64,000 nt of DNA from Squalus acanthias (Eukaryota). Made by a program: the position numbers and the translations under genes. Below, piece by piece: positions 48,297 to 61,344 of this stretch (position 1 is the first letter of the stretch; every line of letters begins with the position of its first letter). The stretch spans positions 106,952,001 to 107,016,000 of the forward strand of contig CM059431.1 in the NCBI GenBank assembly GCA_030390025.1, in the 5' to 3' direction. Below the pieces are notes generated by a model. That model was not told where the DNA came from. It worked only from the letters and a program-made list of their open reading frames with translations, and did not search any database.

Positions 48297-49481
48297 TCAT
48301 TGGAACCGAAGTCTGATGAGGCGGTCACGGACCACCCTTCCACAAGGCCGATTGAGTGGCGACCTCCTCCGTCGCTGATGTTCGTGCTCCTGTTCACCCC
48401 CCTCCTCCTCCTCCTCCTCCTCATCCTCATCCTCGTCCTCCTTGTCTCCCTCTTCCTGCTCCTGAGGTGGTCCTGCTATTCCTGGTGGCAATGGCTGCGC
48501 CCTCATGATGGCCAAGTTGTGCAGCATGCAGCAGACCACCGTGAAAAGGGACACCCGCTCAGCCGAGTACTGGAGGGCTCCTCCCGAGCGATCAAGGCAG
48601 CGGAACCATTGCTTGAACACTCCGATGGTCTGCTCAATGATGTTCCTGGTGGCAGCATGGCTCTCATTGTATGAGTGCTGCGCAGGAGTGTTGGGGTTGC
48701 CGAGGGGAGTCATGAGCCAGGTGGAGAGCGGATAGCCCTTGTCTCCCAGCAGCCAGCCACCAGCTTGGTGTGGTGGCTGGAACAGAGCTGGCAGGATGAA
48801 TGCATCGTGGCTGCTGCCAGGAAAGCGGGCATTGACGGTGAGGATTCGCCATGTGTGGTCGCACACCAACTGCACATTAAGTAAGTGGTAGCCTTTGTAG
48901 CTACGGAATACCTCAGGATTGTTACGGAGTGCTCACAGAACGACGTGGGTGCAGTCAATGGCGCCCTGCACCACGGGGAAGCCCGCTATCCTGGCAAAGC
49001 CACATGCACACTCGCGCTGCTTCTCTCTGGTCATCGGGAAGGAAATGTAGTCCCTTCTCCTTCTGTAGAGAGCATCTATGACTTCGCGGATGCAGCAATA
49101 GACGGCGAACTGCGAGATGTTCGCTATATCTCCTGTTGCACACTGGAAGGATCTGCAGGCGTAGAAATTGAGGGCGATGGTGACCTTGACTGCCACTGAG
49201 AGAGCCGTGGTGCTCCTGATGTGAGGCTCAAGGTGTGGCTGCAGGAGGTGGCAGAGTTCTGTGACCACGCCCTTGGTGAAGTGGAGCCTTCTAAAACACT
49301 GTTCCTCAGTGAAATTCATGTAGGAGAAATGTTGCCGGAATACCCTGGGTGGGTAAGGCCTCCTGTTGAGAGCCCTGTTGGCCCTCCTCCCTCTGGCCAC
49401 ATTTTGCAATCTCTCTCTCTGGCTCTGCTGCCTCCGACGTTGACGCTGGAGGGCCAGGTCCAGTGCCAGTACAGCCCCCAT
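48297..49481 (-). pseudogene. Harbinger DDE transposase (HARBI1-like) with one in-frame stop
   Basis: ORFs 48933-49508 and 48297-48875 share a frame and are separated by a single TGA at 48933-48935. GAIDCTH, FPGSSHD, LLGDKGY and IEQTIG are present. Confidence 0.9.
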
Positions 49482-51017
49482 TGAAGTATGGAAATGTTGC
49501 ACTTTCAAATCTCAACTAAATGAAAGTGAATAATTTTTCTGAGCCAGAAGACTCCTTCAAGTGAAAAATGCTGAAATCGCTCAAAACGCCTGTTTGCCTA
49601 TGTCAAACTGACAAGACAGCATTCTTTGCCGACTAAATATAAACCGGATGTTGATGCCTTTATATACAGCTCCTCCAGCGCTCATCCGACTGCATTCCGC
49701 CTCCTTTACCTGTCGTTGCTAACAGCAGGCGCTCAGGCAGGGGGCAAGAGTGAATTTCTGAGCTGGGGCGCTGCACAGCCGGATGAAGTCACGATCTCCG
49801 GGCGCAGGAGAACGTGGCGCTAGTGGTTACCGCCGCCGCAAACCTCCACCTCAATTTTGCGGGCGTCGGTACTATCGCCCCGCCCGGTTGCTAAGCCGTT
49901 AGCGCCCCTCGGAGGCACTAATGGGAGGCGCAAAGGTACCCAATTTCTCTCCTCTGGACTTCAAGGGTTAAGTTACGAGGAGAGATTACACAAATTAGGG
50001 TTGTATTCCCCAGAACTTAGAAGGTTAAGGGGTGATCTGATCGAAGTTTTCAAGATATTAAGGGGAACAGATGGGGTCGATAGAGAGAAACTATTTCCGC
50101 TGGTTGGGGAGTCTAGGACTAGGGGGCATAGTCTAAAAATTAGAGCCAGACCTTTCAGGAGTGAAATTAGGAAACACTTCTACACACAAAGGTTGGTAGA
50201 AGTTTGGAACTCTCTTCTGCAAACGGCAATTGATGCTAGGTCAATTGTTAATTTTAAATCTGAGATTGATAGCTTTTTGTTAACCAAAGGTATTAAGGGA
50301 TATGGGCCAAAGGCGGGTATATGGAGTTAGGTCGCAGATCAGCCATGGCGGAACAGGCTCATTGAATGGCGGAACAGACTTGAGGGGCTGAATGGCCTCC
50401 TCCTGTTCCTATGTTCCAAGGCTCTGTACAACTGAAGCATACCATTCTTCACTCTGTATTCCAACCCTTTTGAGATAACTTGTTGGATAACCTGTTGAAT
50501 AGCTAATTGCTCTTTCTCTTATATTAAACCAAGGATATATTAATAGCTTCCTCATTTAATTTTTTTTAGATGGATTACTTTGATAAATAGCGTGACCCGA
50601 CCATCCAATGTAACTACACTAGTGCATTTCTCAAAATGCAGGGTGTCCGTGGTGGCTACCATATGTCTGGCTACCGTATGCCCAACACAAAGCACCTTCT
50701 GGCGGGGCTCAGTAACTGAACCTGTTTGTGCTTTGACAGTTCTATGTGAAGCCCTTGGAAGATGTCATTGTGGCAAAGGTTTCACATAGCAGCCTGAATG
50801 GGTGGCCTGCTGAGGTAAGGGTAGCATATGAGATGTAGTGAAAGAGCTGTAAGTTGTAAAAGGGCTTGGCATGGAAAAGCAGTAAATGTGGAGCAGGCTG
50901 ACAGGCAACATTTTGTGGCATGCAATCTTGGGCTATCTAACTGGTACGTGGTAGCATTACCATCCCACCTTCCCTAAAGTGCGCATATTCTTCCACATCT
51001 ACCCCAAGTTTTGCAGC

Positions 51018-51370
51018 TAGATAGACTAGATGCAGGGAGGATGTTTCCCCTGGCTCGGGGGTCTAGAACGAGGGGTCACAGTCTCAAGATACAGGGTAGG
51101 ACATTTAGGACTGAGATGAGGAGAAATGTTTTCACTGAGAGGGTGGTGAACCTGTGGAATTCTCTACCACAGAAGGCTGTGGAGGCCAAGTCACTGAATA
51201 TATTTAAGAAGGAGGTCGATAGATTTCTAGACACAAAAGGCATCAAGGGGTATGGGGAGAGAGCGGGAATATGGTATTGAGATAGAGGATCAGCCATGAT
51301 CATATTGAATGGCGGAGCAGGCTCGAAGGGCCGAATGGCCTACTCCTGCTCCTATTTTTTTTATGTTTCT
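51018..51370 (+). mobile_element. CR1 3' fragment
   Basis: MFPLARGSRTRGHSLKIQG...RVVNLWNSLP. Confidence 0.9.
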
Positions 51371-51379
51371 ATATAAGAG

Positions 51380-51620
51380 CTGGGGAATTCTCCCCGGTAT
51401 CCTGGCTAATATTTATCCCTCAGCCAACGTCACCAAAACAAGATTATCTGACTCATTTATCTGATTGTCGTTTGTTGGACCCTGCTGATGTGCAAATTGG
51501 CAGCCGCGTTTCCTACATTACAACAGTGACTGCGCTTCAAAAAGTACTTCATTGGCTGTAAAGCGCTTTGGGACGTCCTGAGCTCTATGTAAGGCGTGAT
51601 ATAGATGCAAGTTCTTTCTT
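51380..51620 (+). mobile_element. DeuSINE-like SINE 3' half
   Basis: Reverse complement of 23232-23465. Confidence 0.75.
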
Positions 51621-53699
51621 TATATAGCATTGAACTTGACCACCGGGCATGGCACACTGCCATCTCAATTGTGGATGCCCTGGAGTGCCAAGCCTTCCTC
51701 ACACCCACCTCATGTAGCAGCATGCCCCCTTTGCCCGCCATCAGAACGGGAAGGCAGGTGTGGCACCCCTCCCTCCGCTACCAGCCCACAGATTCTGCTT
51801 TGCGCCTCGACATTGGGGTTTGCCTTCCCTTGCTTTTAGTCTGCCACCCTTTCCCCCCCCATGTCCGCCTTGGCCAAGGCTGAGAAATACTTAAAAGCTA
51901 TTTTACAACATTTCGAAAGGTTAATAGAAATTTTTTGCCTCCGGTTCCTTTAAGATTTTGTGTTGAGATATCCTGCCCGTGATCACCCCTGCATCGAAGC
52001 CAATCTGTACAGGCAGCGCGTTCAAATGATTTAAATAGCCTAACCCCTCAAGTTCAGGTGAGGTGAGATTACCCTGCTATTTGTGTGCCATGCATGCAAA
52101 GTGCACAATTGCTACATTTCTACTGATGTATGCTTGGCTCCCTCACACCGTTGAGCTCGACCCATCCCAGCAAGCTGTTGTGGCATTTACTTTGAACAAG
52201 GTATTCAAAAGTCGATAGAAATTTACTTGTCATCTTAAAAAAAAGCAAGTTCCTGATGGCGAGGCTGCCGCTATATTTATTACTGTCGATGAGATCAGAA
52301 CTGACTGAATCTTGAACTGCATATTTTGTTTGCACATATTGGTCTAAGTAGTCACCAAATTTAATTCACATAGATGATATCTAATATGGGGGTTATTTGT
52401 CTTAGTTGTAGACAGACGAATGGATAAGAACATTTTAACAGAGTGCTTTAAAGCCTCACAGAGAAGGAGCTGACAAGAAAAACACCCAGTGCGAGCATGC
52501 TTTGAGAGATTTCAGCTGCTGTCTTCTTGAGACTGACAGTAATTTCCAATCACTGAGTGCTTAAGTGACTGAACTCTTCAACTGAAAATTTAAAATACAC
52601 TTCAATCACTTAGGTAGCTAGAGAATGAAATGTAAAACCTCAACTGCTATAGAATACATTTACAGTGGATCGCTTATGATTTAGTTATTATCCTTCAATG
52701 TGCAGTGACTAATGTACAGTGAAACCATTGTGCTTCCGATCTCTTGGTGCAGACAATCCTTCCAGTTTATGACATCTCCTGAACTCGCTGATTGTATAAC
52801 TGCATGAATTGACATTTTTTTAAATCATTTAATTACTTGATGAAATGGGTATCCGGTGAATTTACACGAGACATTTAGCTATCTTAGATTTTAGTCATTA
52901 ACCACCGTCCCCTGAGCCACAGTGGCATCATAGAATCATAGAATAGAACAGCACAGAATGAGGCCATTTGGCCAACCCTGTCTGTGCCGGCAATCCAGTC
53001 AGTCCCACTCCCCAGCTCTTTCCCCATATCCCTGCAAATTTTTCTCCTTCAGTTATTTAAACTGAGACGTAATCTGCATCAGATGGACTACACAGTGCTG
53101 ATTCAAATATTGAGTAAGCTTTGGGTATCTCTTCATGAGGGCTGAAATGTCTGTCAGGGTAAGCTTAGAGTAACTATCCAATTTATCTGGGGTATTCGAT
53201 ACACCAATTCTAGAGCATCTAATGAACCTACTGCATTGGTTTGGATGAGCCTGGAGCATCTTGTGGTGAAGCTTGGAACCCTCATGGAAGTTGACCTTGG
53301 GGAAAATGTAGAGAAGCAATGGGATTGAATTAAGAAACCTGGCACCTATTCCTTTCCATACCTGCTTGAATCTATAGGTATACTTAATGGGTAGGAGTAT
53401 CCTGGGGCACTTCGGGAGCTGTGAGGATTGGATGGAGAGGTTGAACAAGCCCATCAATGCCATTGATTTTTTGAAAAGTTTAGAGATTGCAAAAAACATT
53501 TCCCCCCCCCACAGTTTGTAGCACATGTGGAATAAACTCTCAACAACCAAAACCTACATTATATACAGTCATTAACATAGAAAAACATCCCATGGTGCTG
53601 CACAGTGGCATTATCATAAAAATGGATACCGAGCTAAAGAGGGCGATATTTAAGAGAGGTGGCACTTGGTCAATGAAGTGGGTTCCAAGGAGGGTCATA

Positions 53700-54460
53700 G
53701 GGGTAAAAATTGAGTCGCGCCCCATTTGGGGCGCTAAACTCGCCGGGGCGCGACTTTTAGCGCCCTGAAAAAATTAGCGGCCCCGCGCCGGAACTTCAGT
53801 GGTTGCGCCCCAAGAGGGAAGCGGGGCGCAACTGGAAGCAGCCCGCATCCCTCTTGGGGCGCTGCGAGTGAATATCCTGGCGCTACGTGCCACAGCGCCA
53901 CGCGCTGCGGCACGTCGCGCCGCGGTATTGCAGGCCTTCCTCCCCTTCTTAAAGGGGAGGGACCCTGCGCAGCGCGAACCGGGGCCCAGCTGGGCCCCCA
54001 GGGATCGGGAGTGCCGGCAAAAGAGCCCGGCACTCAAGAGAAGTGCCGGGCTCTTGGAGCGCAGCCGGCACTTCACGGTGGGGGGGCTTCACGGGGGCCG
54101 GGGGCAGGTGCTGGCAGGCGGCCAGCAACAAAAATGGCCGCCTGCCACCTCCGCTTTAAATATCGCCGCCCCGGCCGCACGTACGCCTCCCTGAACCCGT
54201 CGGACATAGCGTCTGGCGGTAAATCAGGGGGCGCGACTGAAGATCACGGCCGGGGCGCGAGCGGGGTGCTGCGCACGGCGATGACGTCATCGCCGGCGGC
54301 GCAGCGCCACAGGGCGCTACCGGCTGCCGCCGCCGCTAACCTCCCACTAAATTTTTCGGGAGGCGTGGGCGGCGCTGCGCCCGGGCGTTAGCTGCTTTAC
54401 GCCCCATTAGCGCCCTCTTAAGGCGCTAACGGGAGGCGCAAGCAGCTGAATTTTTCCCCC
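53700..54460 (+). mobile_element. CpG-rich Harbinger MITE related to the 46599 element
   Basis: TIR GGGGTAAAAATT / AATTTTTCCCCC, exact ATA TSD. The right end CTAACGGGAGGCGCAA matches 49918-49933. Confidence 0.88.
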
Positions 54461-55880
54461 ATAGAGTCATAACGGCACAGAAGGAGGCCATTCGGCCCAT
54501 CGAGTCTGTGCCGGCTCTCTGTAGAGCAATTCAGTCGGTCCCATTCCCTTGCTCTATCCCCTAGCCCTGCAACTTATTTCCCTCACGTGCCTATCCAGTC
54601 TCCCCTTGAAAACATTGAGTGTCTCCGCTTCCACCACTTCCGTCGGCAGCGAGTTCCATATCCTCACCTCTCGCTGAGTAAAAAAGTTTTTCCTCACATC
54701 CCCCCTGTATCTCTTGCCCAAAACCTTAAATCTGTGTCCCCTAGTCCTTGTACCATCAACTAGTGGGAACAGCCTTTCCCCGTCTAGCCTATCCAAACCC
54801 GTCATAATCTTGTACACCTCTATCAAATCACCCCTCAACCTCCTTTGCTCTAATGAAAACAAATCCAGCTTCTCCAACCTGTCCTTGTAGCCAAGATCCC
54901 CCATCCCCGGAACCATTCTGGCAAATCTCCTCTGCACCCTCTCAAGTGCCTTCACATCCTACCTAAAGTGTGGTGACCAGAACTGGACGCAATACTCCAG
55001 TTGTGGCCTAACCAGCGCTTTACAAAGGTTCAGCGTAACTTCTCTACTTTTGTACTCAATACCTCTATTTATGAAGCCCAAGATCCCATATGCATTGCTA
55101 ACCACACTCTCGCTATGTCCTGCCACTTTCAGGTACCTATGCACATTAACTTCCAGGTCCCTCTGTCCCTGCACACTCTTTAAAACTGTGCCATTAAGTG
55201 TATATTGCCTCTCCATGTTCCTTCAGCCAAAATGCATCACCTCACACTTCTCTGTATTAAATTCCATCTGCCACTTGTCTGCCCATTCTGCTAGCCTTTC
55301 TATGTCCTGTTGCAGTCGATTGGTATCATCCTCACTGTTTGCCACACCCCCAAGTTTGGTGTCATCGGCAAATTTAGAAATTCTACTCTGTATTCCAATA
55401 TCCAGGTCATTTATATCTATCAAAAAAAGCAGTGGCCCCAGCACTGACCCTTGGGGAACACCACTGTCTACCATCCTCCAGTCTGAAAAATAGCCATTTA
55501 CCACAACTCGCTGTTTTCTGTCCTTAAGCCAATTCCTTGTCCAAGCTGCCACTGACCCACCTATTCCATGAGCCTCAATTTTGTTAACCAGCCTTCTATG
55601 TGGTACTTTGTCAAACAACTTCCGAAAATCCATGTAAAAAACATCCATTGCATTCCCTTCATCAATCCTCTCTGTTACTTCATCAGAAATTTCAATTAGA
55701 TTAGTCAAACATGATCTGCCTTTTACAAATCCGTGTTAGCTCTCCTTAATTAGCTTAAACCGCTTCAAGTGCCCGTTACTTTTTCCTTGATTATTGTTTC
55801 TAAAACTTTACCCACCACTGATGTTAAACTGACTGGCCTGTAGTTACTAGGATTGTCCTTACACCCTTTCTTGAACAATG
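54461..55880 (-). mobile_element. CR1 LINE, ~1.4 kb of ORF2
   Basis: YMDFRKLFDKVPH, GVPQGSVLGP, KFADDTK, LVRPQLEYC, RRLRGDLIEVYK, with frameshifts. Confidence 0.95.
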
Positions 55881-56117
55881 GTCTTAAATGAGGATAGAGG
55901 TGGAGGTGGACAGGGAGGGAATTCCAGAGTGTGAGTCAGCAAGGATAGGGTTGATGGGTGAGCAGGACTTGGTGTGAGATAGGACATGGGCAGCAGAGTA
56001 TTTTGGATGAGCTGAAGTTGATGGGTGGTGGACGATGGGAGGCTAGTCAGGAGAGCTTTAGAGGCAGCAGACCTCCTTTTCCCTCAAATTGATGTTCTTT
56101 TAGTTTATTTGAAGGAA

Positions 56118-56482
56118 TAAGAACATAAGAAATAAGAGCAGGAGTAGCCATCTGGCCCCTCGAACCTGCTCCGCCATTAAATAAGATCATGGCTGATCAT
56201 CGACCTCAACTCCACTTTCCCACCTGATCTCCATATCCTTTGATTCCCCTAGAGTCCAAAAATCTATCTATTTCAGCCTTGAATATGCTCAAAGACTCAG
56301 CATTCACAGCCCTCGGGGCAGACAATTCCAAAGATTCACAACTCTCTGAGTGAAGAAATTCCTCCTCCTCTCAGTCTTAAATGGCCGACCCCTTATCCTG
56401 AGACTATGCCCCCTAGTTCTAGACACTCCAGCCAGGGGAAACAACCTCTCAGCATCTACCCTGTCAATCCCCTTCAGAATCA
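56118..56482 (-). mobile_element. CR1 3' fragment
   Basis: ILKGIDRVDAERLFPLAGVSRTRGHSL. Confidence 0.9.
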
Positions 56483-57514
56483 ACATTAAATACATAATTT
56501 CACCATGGTTAACAATTTAGGACTAACAGCCATCGTAACCCATTACTCTACAGGAGCATGTGGGCTGACATGGCTATAATATAGATAGACTGATGGTGTG
56601 GACATAATGTGTGCACTCATGCATGTTGCATTGATGCACATCCAAATCTAAATTTGATGGAAGACCCAAATTTGATTGCATGAAAATAGGTCTGATTGAG
56701 TTTAATTATCTGGATGCGTAATCAATCACTAAATTTTAGCACTTTGTGAAAGTGCTGGATTGTTCATTTACCATGAGTTCATGTAACCATCCGACTAGTG
56801 ATCACCTGTTTGGGTAAAAAAAGCAGGAAAATTAAATATGCAATTATTTTTGTTAATCAGTCAGAAATCATGAACATCATCCTCTTTTATTGGTCCAATA
56901 ATGCCATCGTTTGGAAATAGCACAAAGAGCAGGATCACCAGAAATAGCGCAATCATAGATAACTGAATAGCTCCTTTAAACACTTGACATTTGTGATGCT
57001 CAGTGGAGTTCAGCTGGCAGGATGAGCTTCAAGCAGCCAACTTCTGATGGCAGCCCTGCTTGCCAGGCAATTCCCAACTGGGGGAAGGCTAGGCATAATG
57101 ATTTATAAACATTTATAAGACCTGCAAGCATTTCACTAGATCACATTGCTCTCCCTTAATTAGGTTAACGTGTTGCCATCTTTTGTGTCCACCTTCTCTT
57201 CAGAAGAAATGGCACTTAATGGCCTTATAAATGTTTCAGAAATGTGCATCTGGAGGCTTGTGCAGCATGTGAGAATCAGAGGCATTGAGGGAGGGTTGAG
57301 GGAGCAGAAAATTACCACAATGAATACTTAGCCTGCTTGCCAATATTTTTTGAGGCAGATAAAAAACAGTATTCCCTCTCGGCAATATGGGCTTTGCATC
57401 CCGGTGACATTTCAAGAAAATAGAGCACGTAGGCTAGGAAATTCCTCGGAGCTGCTTTCACTCTGCTGGCCTTATTCCACCAGAAGTACAGTGGGGAAAA
57501 AAGGTTTCCACCAC

Positions 57515-57738
57515 ACTCCCCGGCTTCTTTGGCTCCACCATTGGTGGCCGTGCCTTCAGCTGCCTAGGCCCTCAGCTCGACAATTCGCCGTCTCCGACAC
57601 TCCTTAAAATCTACCTATCCCTGTCCTAATGTCTCCTTCTTTGGCTCGCTGTCGAATTCTTTCTGATTACTCTCCTGTGAAGCGTCTTGCGATGTTTTAC
57701 TACGTTAAAGGCGCTATATAAATGCAACTTGTTGTTGC
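57515..57738 (+). mobile_element. L2 3' fragment
   Basis: CTCCACCATTGGTGGCCGTGCCTTCAGC...GTTAAAGGCGCTATATAAATGCAA. Confidence 0.8.
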
Positions 57739-58454
57739 AAGTCCAACGAAGGAATTTCTCAACCATAATCTTGCATATTGCATGTTTATTTTCTATGGTT
57801 TTGAAAAATTAGCAATTTTCGATGTGCACAGGATACACGTCCAAGATTGGAGATTTGGGTGTTGGCGCCAGCTGAATAAACAATCAATAAAACAATTGCA
57901 AACCATGGTGTTGGTGCTTATGTTTTGAGCCTGGCACATTCTGCATATACAAAACTACACCGAAAACAGGACGAAACATTCAGTAGTGCTCATATCTCAG
58001 GGCATGTTGCAAAAAAGTATGAGTTGAATCTTGCCTTGATATAATGCTGGAGCAAGGGTTGGGGATAAAAACACAACTTAACAGCCCATTCTCCAGCTCC
58101 CTTCTCCATAGCCAGCACACTCCAGAATGCTATTCATCTCAAGACAATGTATAATTAACCTTATCTCCCTTCCCACACATGTATATCTCTCTGTCCAAAT
58201 ATCTGATAATAGACTCCTCCAGCACAATGCATTTCTTTGTATTGGTTATTCTAGGTTTTAATTTGTTGAAAAGCTGGCGTTCTGCTCAGCTGTGGCTCAA
58301 CAGTAACACTCTTGCCTCTGGAACTGTGATGTGGGAGTTTGTGGGCAGTGAGCCTGTCCTGGGTTGCCACATCTGCAGCAAATGTTTCTACATTGAGAGA
58401 CTCCGCCTCAGAGTCTTTAGGCATAGAGAATGGAGATCCAAATACTAGAGACTT

Positions 58455-59149
58455 GGGGGGCAAAATTGGGTGCCTTTGCGCCTCCCGTTAGTGCTAATGG
58501 GGCGCAAATGGCTTTGCGTCCGGGCGCGGTGCTGACATCGACTCCCGCCATATTCGCCGGGAGTTTTGCGGCGGCGTTGTGGCCCGATCTCCTTCGCCCG
58601 GAGATCGTGACGTCATCGCCCCGGTAGCGCCCCAGACCTGAAATTGACTTCTGCCCCCTGCAGCAGCGCCGGTCGAAAACACCGGCAGCTGCAGGAGGCG
58701 CGCATCGGGCGGCCGGCTGCTTCGAGGGCCATGATTAAAGGCGAGGTGGCCGAGGTAAATAAACAAAAAACGTACCTTTCCTGTTCTAGTTTTTTTCGCT
58801 GCTTGAGTACCGGGGCTGATCGCACGGGATCGCGGCTGCCTTGGTGGTCCAGGTAGGTACTTTTTATATTGCAGAGCCTGCAGCGATGGCCCTTCTCTTT
58901 AAGGGAGGGAAGGAGCCTTTGAACGCGGCAGCGCTGCACGGCCCAGTGTGCAGCGCTGCTGAAGTCTCTGTCCCGCCTGCTGCCGATTGGGCTCCAAGAA
59001 GGAAGTGGAGCGATTGATTTACCGCTCCACTTCCTCCTTGGAGTGCAAACGGCGAATTTTTCAAAAGTTTGAAATCGTTCGCCCCTGGGCTAACTTTTCA
59101 AACTTTTAAAAATTAGCGCCCCAAACGGGCGATAGTGAATTTCTCGCCC
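58455..59149 (-). mobile_element. CpG-rich Harbinger MITE related to the 46599 element (reverse)
   Basis: The first ~170 bp align with the reverse complement of 49765-49952. The last ~60 bp align with the reverse complement of 46599-46670. Confidence 0.85.
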
Positions 59150-59359
59150 TTGAGCTTTAAATATGTCACCTGTATTAGAACCAGTGTAATTCCAACAATC
59201 TACAATAAGGAATTAATGTGCAATTTTCTCTTTTGCTGCTAAAGCTGCTCCAGCAGGTTTGATAACCTTATGTTACTGTTGTAAGAGAATTTGGAACAAT
59301 GTGCAGACAAATGCTCCAGATATTCGGTGTATAATTGCATTGCTTTGTGAGTCATTCAA

Positions 59360-59640
59360 CCAGGCAGCGCCATGGTTCAATCCTGCTCTGTGTTGAAACA
59401 TGTAATTTCAGCTATGGGAGCACTGAGCCACCATAGTTTGCCCCAAAGTGCTAGGCTAGGGACCACCTGATGACTATCCAATAACCCTTGCTGGAAAGAG
59501 TGTGGTAAATGGGCAACAATGAGCTGAGGTTCCTCTAATGGTCAAACAGGCTGCCTACACTTGCTGCTTAGGCTCAGGGGTGAAAAATGACCAGTTTGGT
59601 GAATTGCTGGAAGACTGCTATTGCCTGAGGAAACATAACC
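59360..59640 (+). mobile_element. Old tRNA-derived SINE-like repeat
   Basis: B-box-like GGTTCAATCC and weak similarity to 37340-37615. Confidence 0.45.
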
Positions 59641-61344
59641 CTCTCTCAGTGAGTCGGTGCCTTCAGGACAGACGGGGGAGAAAAAGTATTGAGAAAAATG
59701 AACTGAAGTCCAAGTATAGTTTCAGGGGGAAAAATTTGTGTTCGCCCGCTGAAAATGGCCACAATGCTAAGCGAGTGAATTTGGTCTGGGGGACATGGAG
59801 ATAGGTGGAGCAGCGCTCACCTTCCATGCATTGCTGTCCTGGTGGCGTTGCTGGAGGGATCTGGGACAAAGTCCCTGTCCAGATGCAGCATTGGAACTTC
59901 CTACAGCCTCTGGGAGCGAAGCTTTGGAGCTCGCAAGGAATTGTGGGCAATGAAGAGCTGTGAGAATTAAAGGGGCCATGCACATTGAAGCAATACAAAA
60001 TAAAATGAAGTGAATCAATACATTTTTCAGCCCTTTCTGCCTTTTAAAAAATATCCAACATTTAAAAGAAATTCCAAATGTGAATATTCAGCTGTTAAAG
60101 CTGAATTACCTTCCTAACCTTAACAAATGGGAAAACTGCCTCAGCACCAACACAAATGGCTCAGCAAGCCAGGGAAGGGGCACCAAGGGTCTCGTACGCA
60201 GCACTCCAGCTTTATGCAGGGGGTCAACATTGCAAGACAGGCCCTCTACCCACAGGGGCCAGGAGGCCCTCCAGAAATAACGATGTGGGACTACATCACC
60301 GAGGCCGTCACTGCCAGCAGTGTCGCCTCCACCATCTGGCTCCAGTGCCCAAAGAAGCTTCATGACCTCAGACCACTGGCCAAGGTCAGTGAGTGCATCT
60401 TCAAAATTCGTCTCCTACCAACTGCACCACTAGCCTCACACACTGCTCAATGCAGGATCCCCGATCACTCACCTACCAACAACCTGCACCAATGACGAGG
60501 CACATCTACCATTCCCAGCATCACCTCAACCCCTTGGAGGTGACAGCGCAGGCCATTCTTGGCAGGGGCATGGCTGAGCCCTTGGCCAGTGCCGGGGCTG
60601 AAAGGATACAAGAGACGGGTATCCTCATACGTTATCCCCCTTCTGGCATGCACCTCTAGGTTTCCCACCCTCCCGTCAGCACAACTCCACCCTTGTGTCT
60701 TCTCATTTCACACACCCAAGAAATGCAGCCTGCCCTGCCAGTGGGTCAACAAGAAGAGGGAGAAGAGAGTGAAGAAGAGCAAGAACAGAAGACGATCAAT
60801 TTGACACTCCCAGCCACCAGCTCCTCAAGGTCAACCAGCAAGACCATTTGCTGTGTCCCCCACTGAAAGTCAGCAGCCTTCCACCAGCCCTGCTGCAGCC
60901 ACTAGGGTAGCACTGCATGTCATCAGTAGGATAGGCAAAGGTACACACAAGACAGTCACTAGGAGAATGCATATGGGTGATGAGTTGATTCCTTGATGTC
61001 ACATTGGATGGATAGACGTATATAGGTGGATTGGAAAGTTTGCTTTGTGGTGGCTTTTATTTCAGCATTGTGGTCAAGAGGACGTTGTGATGGTCAGTAA
61101 CAGATGGAAGGTAAGCTGTTGGACTATTGTTGAAAGGGGAATTTGGGTTGTGGTCACTTGGACCGCAGGCGTATGATTCCATCCTGGATATCCCGGCTAC
61201 AAAGGGGCCGTTTGTGATGCATCCTTCCATCTGATTGCTCCTCTTCTGATTCTTCCTCTTCGGCTTCCTCCTGTTCTGCGTCTTCCTCTTCTGTATCTTC
61301 CTCTTCCCTCAGCAAGCGGATGCCGTAAATGTGAAATTACAGCA

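Larger units (their letters stand above)
46599..49952. mobile_element. Near-intact two-gene PIF/Harbinger transposon (~3.35 kb)
   Basis: TIRs GGGGGAGAAATT / AATTTCTCTCC, subterminal TAGCGCC/GGCGCTA repeats, convergent Myb-like and transposase genes. Confidence 0.92.
46346..50417 (+). mobile_element. CR1 fragment (46346-46598 and 49953-50417) split by a Harbinger
   Basis: LYKTLVRPHLEYC...RFTRMIP continues as GLQGLSYEERL...RLRGDLIEVFK after the insertion. Confidence 0.85.
45815..50480 (-). mobile_element. CR1 fragment (45815-46348 and 50418-50480) hosting nested insertions
   Basis: ...CCAGATGGGGTCTGAC joins CAAGGCTCTGTACAACTG across the insertion. Confidence 0.7.

Noticed and set aside
48297..49481. 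Host HARBI1 gene
   Set aside because: It lies between TIRs with a convergent Myb partner, inside a CR1, and has a stop, so it is a transposon copy.
53053..53550. 165-aa minus-strand ORF
   Set aside because: No recognisable family; probably chance or a decayed retroelement.
53734..54391. Overlapping GC-rich ORFs or a host CpG-island promoter
   Set aside because: The region is bounded by TIRs and an ATA TSD; the open frames follow from high GC content.
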